Shown: one piece after another, positions 56,902 to 64,000 of the stretch
Numbering within the stretch: position 1 is the first letter of the stretch
How the letters are laid out: each line of letters starts with the position of its first letter
Assembly (NCBI RefSeq): GCF_002352205.1
Contig: NZ_DEHZ01000014.1
Location: forward strand, 97,047-161,046
From: Flavobacterium sp. UBA2787
Lineage (GTDB): Bacteria > Bacteroidota > Bacteroidia > Flavobacteriales > Flavobacteriaceae
DNA length: 64,000 bases
Reading direction: 5' to 3'
Translations under genes and position numbers: made by a program
The notes under the pieces: model-generated
What the model saw: the letters and a program-made list of their open reading frames with translations, nothing else
Told to the model about the DNA's origin: nothing
Databases searched by the model: none

Positions 56902-57717
56902 TTACTGCGACTGAAAATTCTCCACTGCTTTCCGAACACTACCATACGTTTCCAACAAAATTCCCGCTTCTTCATAACTCACCGGAATTTCACTCATAAT
57001 CATTCGAATGCCACGATCAACTAATTTATTGTTACTCAATTGCATATCTACCATTTTGTTACCTTTCACTTTTCCAAGTTGAATCATCGTGGCGGTTGAA
57101 ATCATATTCAAAACCAACTTTTGAGCTGTTCCGGCTTTCATTCTTGAACTTCCGGTTACAAATTCGGGTCCAACCACAACTTCAATTGGAAATTGTGAAA
57201 CGTTTGATAGCGGACTTCCTTCGTTGCAAGTAATACAACCTGTGGGGATATTATTTTGATTGCATATTTCCAAACCACCAATCACATACGGTGTAGTCCC
57301 AGAAGCCGCAATGCCAATTACAAAATCGTTCTGATTGATGTTGAACTCCGATAAATCTTTCCAAGCTTGTTCGGTATCATCTTCGGCAAATTCTACTGCT
57401 TTTCGAATGGCTTTGTCACCACCGGCAATGATTCCCACAACCAAATCAAAAGGAACACCGAAAGTTGGCGGACATTCAGAAGCATCTACAACACCCAATC
57501 TTCCTGAAGTTCCAGCTCCGATGTAGAAAAGTCTTCCGCCATTTTTTAACTGACTAACCACTTTTTGAACGGTTTTTTCAATTTGAGGCAAGGCTTTTTC
57601 AACCGCTAATGGAACGGTTTTATCTTCATTATTAATGTTTTGTAGTAATTCGGAAACTGACATCTTTTCCAGATGTTCGTAGTTGGAGGATTGTTCGGTA
57701 GTTATGGTAAAAGACAT
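56902..57717 (-). CDS. murQ: N-acetylmuramic acid 6-phosphate etherase
   Basis: SIS domain: GRLFYIGAGTSGRLGVVDASECPPTFG, IGIAASGTTPYV. Start taken at ATG 57717. Confidence 0.9.
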   Translation of the reverse strand: MSFTITTEQSSNYEHLEKMSVSELLQNINNEDKTVPLAVEKALPQIEKTVQKVVSQLKNGGRLFYIGAGTSGRLGVVDASECPPTFGVPFDLVVGIIAGGDKAIRKAVEFAEDDTEQAWKDLSEFNINQNDFVIGIAASGTTPYVIGGLEICNQNNIPTGCITCNEGSPLSNVSQFPIEVVVGPEFVTGSSRMKAGTAQKLVLNMISTATMIQLGKVKGNKMVDMQLSNNKLVDRGIRMIMSEIPVSYEEAGILLETYGSVRKAVENFQSQ

Positions 57718-57781
57718 ACTTATAATTTTCACTCAAAGATAAGTGAATTTTGAATGTTCCCAAAGTTGAAAATAGTAAAAA

Positions 57782-57811
57782 AAGTTGCTGAGTTACTGAG
57801 AAGCTGAGTTT
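57782..57811 (+). repeat. 30-nt direct repeat, copy 2 (upstream of murQ); includes the CTGAGTTA octamer tract
   Basis: AAGTTGCTGAGTTACTGAGAAGCTGAGTTT. Confidence 0.65.
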
Positions 57812-57854
57812 TTTTGATTACAATGACGAAATATAACTTCACTTCAAATCAGAA

Positions 57855-57868
57855 AACCGACAACCGAC
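57855..57868. repeat. heptamer AACCGAC x2
   Basis: CAACCGACAA also occurs at 46513-46522. Lies 11 nt from the ZIP gene stop. Confidence 0.55.
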
Positions 57869-57879
57869 AATAGAAAACC

Positions 57880-58614
57880 TTAATGCGAATGCCCCATTTC
57901 CATCACATAAGCCAATAAAAATCCCAATACAATCATTGTTACTTTTGCTAAATTGAATTTGTGACCTTCATTACTTTCAAAAATAATGGTAGATGAAATG
58001 TGAAATAAAATACCCACTACAATGGCTGAAATTTCTTTAGAATAATGTTGAGCAAAATGCAATTGTTCCGCTAATAACGTTCCGATTGGCGTCATCAATG
58101 CAAACGAAAACATAAAGGCAAAAACCATCAATTTATTCATCTTAGCATTTACAAAAAACAGCGTGAGAATAATTGCAATAGGGAAGTGATGCACCGCAAT
58201 TCCATAAGCCAAATTAGTGTTTTCGTGAATCGGAAATCCTTCTAACAACGCGTGAATACATAAACTGATAAACAATAACCACGGAATTTGATGTACTTCA
58301 TTGTTTTCATCTGTATGCACGTGAACGTGACCGTGTTCGGCACCTTTCGAGAAAAATTCAAGAATAATTTGGAATAAAATTCCAATCATAATAAAAACCC
58401 CAACCGGTAGCGTGTGATGTTCGTGTTCGCCTTCGTGTACGTGGTGATGACCTTCGTGAAATAATTCGGGAAGCAAATGCAAAACCGTTAGCGAAAGCAA
58501 AAAAGCTCCACTAAAAGCCAGTAATAATTTGATGTTTTTTTTCTTTTGAGGTTTTAAAAACAAAGCAATCAAAAAACCTAAAATAACAGCCGAAAAAGTG
58601 ATGATATACTGCAT
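57880..58614 (-). CDS. ZIP-family divalent metal transporter
   Basis: 8 TM helices, His-rich loop HEGHHHVHEGEHEHH, HALLEGF/HHFP motifs. Confidence 0.85.
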   Translation of the reverse strand: MQYIITFSAVILGFLIALFLKPQKKKNIKLLLAFSGAFLLSLTVLHLLPELFHEGHHHVHEGEHEHHTLPVGVFIMIGILFQIILEFFSKGAEHGHVHVHTDENNEVHQIPWLLFISLCIHALLEGFPIHENTNLAYGIAVHHFPIAIILTLFFVNAKMNKLMVFAFMFSFALMTPIGTLLAEQLHFAQHYSKEISAIVVGILFHISSTIIFESNEGHKFNLAKVTMIVLGFLLAYVMEMGHSH

Positions 58615-59378
58615 TATTTAAAAATCAAAATTAAACGTTCAGATTGTGATTTATAGAATTTCCGTAGTTTATAATCTCCAAAAACATCTAATAAATAGAT
58701 TCCGGCTTCATCCATCATCTTTTCAAAATCAGCTAATCGGAGAGCTTGCACTTTTTCGGTGAAATGAAACTCTTTTCCTTTATCCGAAAATGAAATTTCT
58801 TTATAAATATGATTGTCTTTTTCATATCGTTTAATATGAAAATCGATGCCATCGACTGTTTTAGTTTCTTCCGGATTTAAATTTTCCAACACAAAATCCA
58901 CATTCATAAAATCAATTACAGCAAATCCATATTCTGTTAAGCTGTCGCGAATGGCCTTTAGTGTTGTTAAATTATCCGCATCATCTTCAAAATAACCAAA
59001 ACTGGTAAATAAATTGAAAATAGCATCAAACTTTTCTTCAAACGAAATTCGCATGTCATGCACCATAAAATGCAATTTTTCATTCGATGATTTTGAAGCT
59101 GCATTTATGCTGTTTTCAGATAAATCGGCTCCTGTTACATCATAACCCAATTGATTCAAATAAATCGAATGACGACCTTTTCCACAAGCTAAATCTAAAA
59201 TCTTGGCTTCTTCGGGTAAATTCAAATATTCGGTTAAATTATCCATAAACGCCTGTGCTTCTTCATAATCTCTGTCTTTGTAAAGAATATGATAATACGG
59301 AGTGTCAAACCAAGAGGCGTACCAGTTTTCGGTGGCGAGTTGCGAGTTGCGAGTTGAAGGAATTTTAGATTCTGACAT
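58614..59378 (-). CDS. class I SAM-dependent methyltransferase
   Basis: Motif I ILDLACGKGRHS. Start taken at ATG 59378. The N-terminal 17 aa are encoded partly by a heptamer tract. Confidence 0.82.
   Translation of the reverse strand: MSESKIPSTRNSQLATENWYASWFDTPYYHILYKDRDYEEAQAFMDNLTEYLNLPEEAKILDLACGKGRHSIYLNQLGYDVTGADLSENSINAASKSSNEKLHFMVHDMRISFEEKFDAIFNLFTSFGYFEDDADNLTTLKAIRDSLTEYGFAVIDFMNVDFVLENLNPEETKTVDGIDFHIKRYEKDNHIYKEISFSDKGKEFHFTEKVQALRLADFEKMMDEAGIYLLDVFGDYKLRKFYKSQSERLILIFK
59335..59355. repeat. heptamer tract GCGAGTT x3 inside the 5' end of a CDS
   Basis: Three exact copies, translated on the minus strand as TRNSQLAT. Confidence 0.85.
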
Positions 59379-59416
59379 TAATTGGATAGATGCTTTAAGA
59401 ACGTGCAAATTTAGTG

Positions 59417-59424
59417 TATTTTTG
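59417..59424 (+). promoter_or_regulatory. candidate -7 promoter box (TATTTTTG)
   Basis: TAnnTTTG match 25 nt upstream of ATG 59450. Confidence 0.4.
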
Positions 59425-59449
59425 CCAAGTTTTACAGATTTAAACAGTT

Positions 59450-60619
59450 ATGGAGAAGAATTTTAAGATGGTAGCCAAAACCTTTTTTGGTTTTGAAGAT
59501 ATTTTAGCCAAAGAAGTGCAGCAATTAGGCGGACAAGATGTGCAAACCGGGACACGAGTTGTCACTTTTTCCGGCGACAAAGGTTTTATGTACAAAGCCA
59601 ATTTATCGTTGCGAACAGCTCTTAAAATTTTGAAGCCAATTAAATGGTTTAAAGTGTTTAATGACAAGAGTTTGTATGATGGAATTTCAAGTGTTGATTG
59701 GAGTCAGTTTATGAACGAAAAACAGACTTTTGTTGTCGATGTCACATTGTATTCTGAAGCGTTTAACAACTCACAATTTGTAGCTTTAAAAACGAAAGAT
59801 GCGATTGTGGATCAATTTCGTGAAAAAACAGGAGTACGGCCGAGTATTGATAAAGATTTTCCGGATTTACGAATTCACATTCACTTAGATCGTGATCAAT
59901 GCACAGTTTCATTGGATACTTCCGGTGAGTCATTGCATCAACGTGGTTATCGTTCGGCTACGAATATTGCCCCGATTAACGAAGTTTTAGCAGCCGGAAT
60001 GTTGATTCTTTCCGGTTGGGATGGAACTTCTCATTTTCTCGATCCAATGTGCGGAAGCGGAACCATTTTAGCCGAAGCAGCGATGATTGCTTGTAATATT
60101 CCCGCCAATATCAATCGAAAAGAATTCGCTTTTGAAAAATGGAATGATTGGGATAATGATTTATTCGACCAAATTATTGATAGTTTGATGAAGAAAACAC
60201 GTGAATTTCATTATACAATAAAAGGATTTGATAAAGCTCCGAGTGCAGTTCGAAAAGCTCAAGACAATATTCAAAATGCTAATCTGGATGATTATGTTAC
60301 GATAGAACAGAAAGACTTTTTTGAAACAGAAAAACAAACCGAAGGTCCGCTTCATATGGTTTTCAATCCGCCGTATGGTGAACGCTTGGATATTGATATG
60401 GAACGTTTTTATAGAGAAATCGGTGATACTTTCAAGCAAAGTTATCCCAACACGCAAGCTTGGTTTATCACAGCCAATTTGGAAGCGTTGAAATTTGTGG
60501 GATTAAAACCTTCCCGAAAAATCAAATTATTCAACGGAAAATTAGAAGCAAGATTGTTGAAATATGATATTTACGAAGGAAGTAAACGAACGAAGTTTCA
60601 GAACAGGGAAGAGGAGTAA
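59450..60619 (+). CDS. THUMP-domain class I SAM-dependent RNA methyltransferase (RlmL/UPF0020-like)
   Basis: N-terminal THUMP-like region, DPMCGSGTIL SAM motif, catalytic NPPYGERL. Confidence 0.88.
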   Translation: MEKNFKMVAKTFFGFEDILAKEVQQLGGQDVQTGTRVVTFSGDKGFMYKANLSLRTALKILKPIKWFKVFNDKSLYDGISSVDWSQFMNEKQTFVVDVTLYSEAFNNSQFVALKTKDAIVDQFREKTGVRPSIDKDFPDLRIHIHLDRDQCTVSLDTSGESLHQRGYRSATNIAPINEVLAAGMLILSGWDGTSHFLDPMCGSGTILAEAAMIACNIPANINRKEFAFEKWNDWDNDLFDQIIDSLMKKTREFHYTIKGFDKAPSAVRKAQDNIQNANLDDYVTIEQKDFFETEKQTEGPLHMVFNPPYGERLDIDMERFYREIGDTFKQSYPNTQAWFITANLEALKFVGLKPSRKIKLFNGKLEARLLKYDIYEGSKRTKFQNREEE

Positions 60620-60679
60620 TATTGAAGCATAAAAAAACTCCCTTTTTCAAGAGAGTTCATTATACTATAAAATTTGAAA

Positions 60680-61390
60680 TTATTCCTGCATCGTGTGATA
60701 CACATTCATCACATCATCATCTTCTTCAATTTTTTCTAATAGTTTTTCTACATCTGCCATTTGTTCTGCAGTGACTTCTTTGGTGATTTGTGGAATTCTT
60801 TCAAAACCGGAAGATAAAATTTCGATGTTTCTGTTTTCCAATTCTTTTTGAATGGCTCCGAAGCTTTCAAAAGGAGCATACATTAGAATTCCATCTTCAT
60901 CGGCAAAAATTTCTTCTACACCAAAATCAATCATTTCTAATTCTAAATCTTCTACATTTTGACCTTCGGCTGGAATTCTGAAATTACAGGTATGATCAAA
61001 CATAAATTCAACCGAACCTTGCGTTCCCATAGTTCCATTGCATTTGTTGAAGTAACTTCGAATGTTTGCTACTGTTCTATTATTATTGTCTGTGGCTGTT
61101 TCAATCAATATAGCGATTCCGTGTGGAGCATACCCTTCAAACAAAACCTCTTTAAAGTTGGCTGTGTCTTTGTCTGACGCTTTTTTAATTGCTCTTTCAA
61201 CATTGTCTTTTGGCATATTGGCAGCCTTGGCATTCTGAATAACGGCACGCAAACGAGAGTTGGTTTCCGCATTCGGACCACCTTCTTTCACAGCCATTAC
61301 AATGTCTTTTCCTATTCTGGTGAACGTTTTGGCCATTGCTGACCAACGTTTCATTTTTCGTGCTTTTCTAAATTCAAATGCTCTTCCCAT
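60680..61390 (-). CDS. YebC/PmpR-family DNA-binding transcriptional regulator
   Basis: MGRAFEFRKARKMKRW...KAIKKA...; 236 aa, family-typical throughout. Confidence 0.95.
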   Translation of the reverse strand: MGRAFEFRKARKMKRWSAMAKTFTRIGKDIVMAVKEGGPNAETNSRLRAVIQNAKAANMPKDNVERAIKKASDKDTANFKEVLFEGYAPHGIAILIETATDNNNRTVANIRSYFNKCNGTMGTQGSVEFMFDHTCNFRIPAEGQNVEDLELEMIDFGVEEIFADEDGILMYAPFESFGAIQKELENRNIEILSSGFERIPQITKEVTAEQMADVEKLLEKIEEDDDVMNVYHTMQE

Positions 61391-61456
61391 TTCTATTTAT
61401 TTCAATATTCTATTTGTGATGCAAAAATAATACTTAAACCGTTATTTCAAAATGTT

Positions 61457-62539
61457 TTATTTCTTGTAAAACGGCATTTTTACCACTTTCGCTTTTACTT
61501 TATTATTTCTGATTTGAATGTAGATTTCAGAATCAGGAGTTGAAAATTCAGTTTTCACATATCCCATACCAATTCCTTTTCCAACTGTAGGAGCCATGGT
61601 TCCGGAAGTTACGATTCCGATATTATTACCGTCAGCATCCAAAATTTCGTAGTCGTGACGCGGAATTCCTCTTTCCAACAATTCAAAACCAACTAATTTT
61701 TTGGTTACGCCTTCTTCTTTTTGCTTCTTCAAATTTTCAGAATTGGTAAATTCTTTTGTGAATTTGGTAATCCACCCCAAACCCGCTTCTAATGGCGAAG
61801 TGGTGTCGTTGATGTCGTTTCCATACAAACAAAAGCCCATTTCTAAACGTAATGTATCTCTCGCAGCCAATCCGATTGGTTTGATTCCGAAGGATGCTCC
61901 GGCTTCAAAAACTTTTTTCCAAATTTGTTCTACTTCCGAATTTTTACAATAAATTTCAAATCCACCTGAACCAGTATAGCCTGTTGCAGAAATGATTACA
62001 TTTTCAATTCCTGCAAAATCAGCTACTTCAAAATGATAATATTTAATTTCGGATAAATTGATTGATGTCAATGATTGCATGGCTTCCACCGCTTTTGGAC
62101 CTTGAATTGCCAATAAAGAATAATCTTCTGAAATGTTTTTCATTTCCACACCTAAATCATTGTGCGACGAAATCCAATCCCAATCTTTTTCAATATTAGA
62201 TGCGTTAACTACCAATAAATATTGTTCTTCTTTGATTTTGTATACAATTAAATCATCTACAATACCACCTTGATTATTAGGTAAACACGAGTATTGAGCT
62301 CTACCAATAGTTAAAGTAGAGGCATCGTTGGAAGTTACCTTTTGAATCAAAGCCAACGCATTAGGACCCGATAATAAAAATTCACCCATATGTGATACGT
62401 CAAAAACACCAACACCGTTGCGAACTGTCTCGTGTTCCACAGTTACTCCTTCATATTGAACCGGCATGTTATATCCGGCAAATGGTACTAATTTAGCTCC
62501 TAAACTTTCGTGAATGTGCGTTAACGCTGTATTTTTCAT
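61457..62539 (-). CDS. gcvT: glycine cleavage system aminomethyltransferase (T protein)
   Basis: [29 protein letters not shown]...[11 protein letters not shown]...ARDTLRLE. Confidence 0.95.
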   Translation of the reverse strand: MKNTALTHIHESLGAKLVPFAGYNMPVQYEGVTVEHETVRNGVGVFDVSHMGEFLLSGPNALALIQKVTSNDASTLTIGRAQYSCLPNNQGGIVDDLIVYKIKEEQYLLVVNASNIEKDWDWISSHNDLGVEMKNISEDYSLLAIQGPKAVEAMQSLTSINLSEIKYYHFEVADFAGIENVIISATGYTGSGGFEIYCKNSEVEQIWKKVFEAGASFGIKPIGLAARDTLRLEMGFCLYGNDINDTTSPLEAGLGWITKFTKEFTNSENLKKQKEEGVTKKLVGFELLERGIPRHDYEILDADGNNIGIVTSGTMAPTVGKGIGMGYVKTEFSTPDSEIYIQIRNNKVKAKVVKMPFYKK

Positions 62540-62755
62540 TTGTTTGTTGTGTAAAAATTGAAGTGGCTAATTTATTAAAAATAATACGATTTTTGAATGA
62601 AATGAATGCTCAAATTTATTTAATTATTACTATTTGATTCGATTACTCATTATTCTTGCATTTTTCGAAATTCTGTTAAAAAATATTTTTAATCACAAAC
62701 CAAAAACCTATATTTACTTTTTATATATAATTAAGATTACGATTAAATTGATTAC

Positions 62756-63895
62756 ATGAAGCCAGCAGAAAATATACTACCCCAACAGCCTGAAAAAGAA
62801 ATTATTGAACCCCAACTCAATTTACTTTTAACCACCGATGAAGATGACGATCGGCCGGTTTACATATCCGGAAATTTTAACAATTGGATTACGCAAGACA
62901 AGAATTTTCTAATGGAAAAAGTTGGAAAAGGACTTTATCACTATAAATTCCCATTTGATTTTAAGTATCCCGACGAACTTTTATACAAATTTACACGAGG
63001 TGATTGGAGCGAAGTTGAAATTGATAAATACGGAAATCGGACAGAAAATCGTTCGTGCAAACAACATAGTGGCGTTAAAAAGGAACATGTAGCGAAATGG
63101 CGTCACAATTGGTTGCCTTTTAAACCCAATTTTTTACCAAAAGTGCATTTAGTTTCCGAAGAATTTGAAATTCCGCAGTTAAATAAAAAACGTAAAGTTT
63201 GGGCTTTATTGCCGTATGATTATGAGACTTCAAAAGATCATTATCCGGTAATGTATTTGCAAGATGCTCAGAATTTATTTAATGAAAATGCAAAATACGG
63301 TAACTGGGAAATTGATAAAAAGTTAGCCGTAATGGCTGAATATAGCATTGGAAAAATAATCGTAATTGCCGTCGAACACGCTGATAGTGAACGAATTTTA
63401 GAATACAATGTTGGTAATACGGTTCTTGGAACCGGTCAGGGCAAAAAGTACATTCGATTTTTAACTGATACCTTGAAACCCTTTATTGATGAAAATTTCA
63501 GAACTAAACCGGAACGTGAGTTTACAGGAATTGGAGGAAGTTCAATGGGTGGATTAGTCAGTATTTTTAGTGGAATTATGTATCCTGAAGTGTTTGGAAA
63601 ACTGATGATTTTTTCGCCATCACTTTGGGTTGTTCCAAAAATAAAATTGTCTTTTTTGGATATGGATGAACCGCAAGATACCCGAATTTACTTGTATGCC
63701 GGCGGTGATGAAAGTGCCACGATGATTGACCACGTGAAGAATTTCAAAAAGCGATTACTCAAAAAAGATGCATTAAACGATAAAATGAAAGTACGATTAA
63801 GCATTAACGAACAAGGAAAACACAACGAAGTGTATTGGAGTGATGAATTTCCGAAAGCAATTGAATGGTTATTTTTTAGTACGAAAGAAGAATAA
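62756..63895 (+). CDS. esterase-family alpha/beta hydrolase with N-terminal carbohydrate-binding (CBM48/AMPK-beta-like) domain
   Basis: RPVYISGNFNNWITQDKNFLMEKVGKGLYHYKF resembles a glycogen-binding module. C-terminal putative-esterase fold with GGSSMGG. Confidence 0.7.
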   Translation: MKPAENILPQQPEKEIIEPQLNLLLTTDEDDDRPVYISGNFNNWITQDKNFLMEKVGKGLYHYKFPFDFKYPDELLYKFTRGDWSEVEIDKYGNRTENRSCKQHSGVKKEHVAKWRHNWLPFKPNFLPKVHLVSEEFEIPQLNKKRKVWALLPYDYETSKDHYPVMYLQDAQNLFNENAKYGNWEIDKKLAVMAEYSIGKIIVIAVEHADSERILEYNVGNTVLGTGQGKKYIRFLTDTLKPFIDENFRTKPEREFTGIGGSSMGGLVSIFSGIMYPEVFGKLMIFSPSLWVVPKIKLSFLDMDEPQDTRIYLYAGGDESATMIDHVKNFKKRLLKKDALNDKMKVRLSINEQGKHNEVYWSDEFPKAIEWLFFSTKEE

Positions 63896-64000
63896 AATCA
63901 ATTTCAATGACAATATCAATGTCAAAAATCAATAAAAATTTACAATGAAAATCCATTATACAAACAATCAATCCCATAAAAAATTAAATTTAATTCCGCT

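Noticed and set aside
62540-62755. Glycine riboswitch upstream of gcvT.
   Set aside because: The leader is uniformly AT-rich. It has no GGAGAG...CACCG-type conserved cores and no GC-rich helices.
63945-64000. Possible start of a further plus-strand gene (MKIHYTNNQSHKKLNLIP...).
   Set aside because: Only 18 codons fall before the window ends, which is too little to support a call.
1-64000. Search for rRNA or tRNA genes, transposases, integrases, phage genes and classic IS inverted repeats.
   Set aside because: I recognised no T-loop/acceptor-like GC-rich 70-90-nt blocks and no recombinase-like ORFs. The repeats found are non-coding and are reported separately.

Overview
AT-rich 64 kb chromosomal segment that reads as Flavobacteriia/Bacteroidota: it has T9SS C-terminal sorting domains, Bacteroidota-specific DUF families and TAnnTTTG -7 boxes. 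I count about 66 densely packed protein genes, mostly housekeeping: uvrA, nth, bcp, msrA, folE, serA/serC, ychF, parE/parC, murQ, gcvT, a YebC-family regulator, a DEAD-box helicase, two ECF sigma modules, and an envelope glycosylation locus (YfhO-family, GT4, flippase). I found no rRNA, tRNA, CRISPR array, transposase or integrase. No large novel multi-gene system is evident; the unusual signals are small or non-coding. (1) An unannotated 55-aa ORF is coupled by an ATGA overlap to a minimal nucleotidyltransferase (8929-9560). The pair is wedged into the glycosylation locus, and the downstream GT4 gene lacks a canonical start codon. (2) Period-7/8 'word' tracts sit at gene boundaries, and the same words recur at distant loci. 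(3) A modular GC-rich intergenic element occurs in at least five spacers; two copies in inverted orientation bracket a single secreted-protein gene. (4) Two opposed octamer arrays form a ~160-bp palindrome that fills the divergent nth-bcp control region. (5) A YhcG/PD-(D/E)xK nuclease gene is inserted between parE and parC. (6) A dihydroorotase-like protein has lost its HxH metal site and is coupled to a BatA-domain gene. All protein family calls come from motif recognition by eye, not from database searches.
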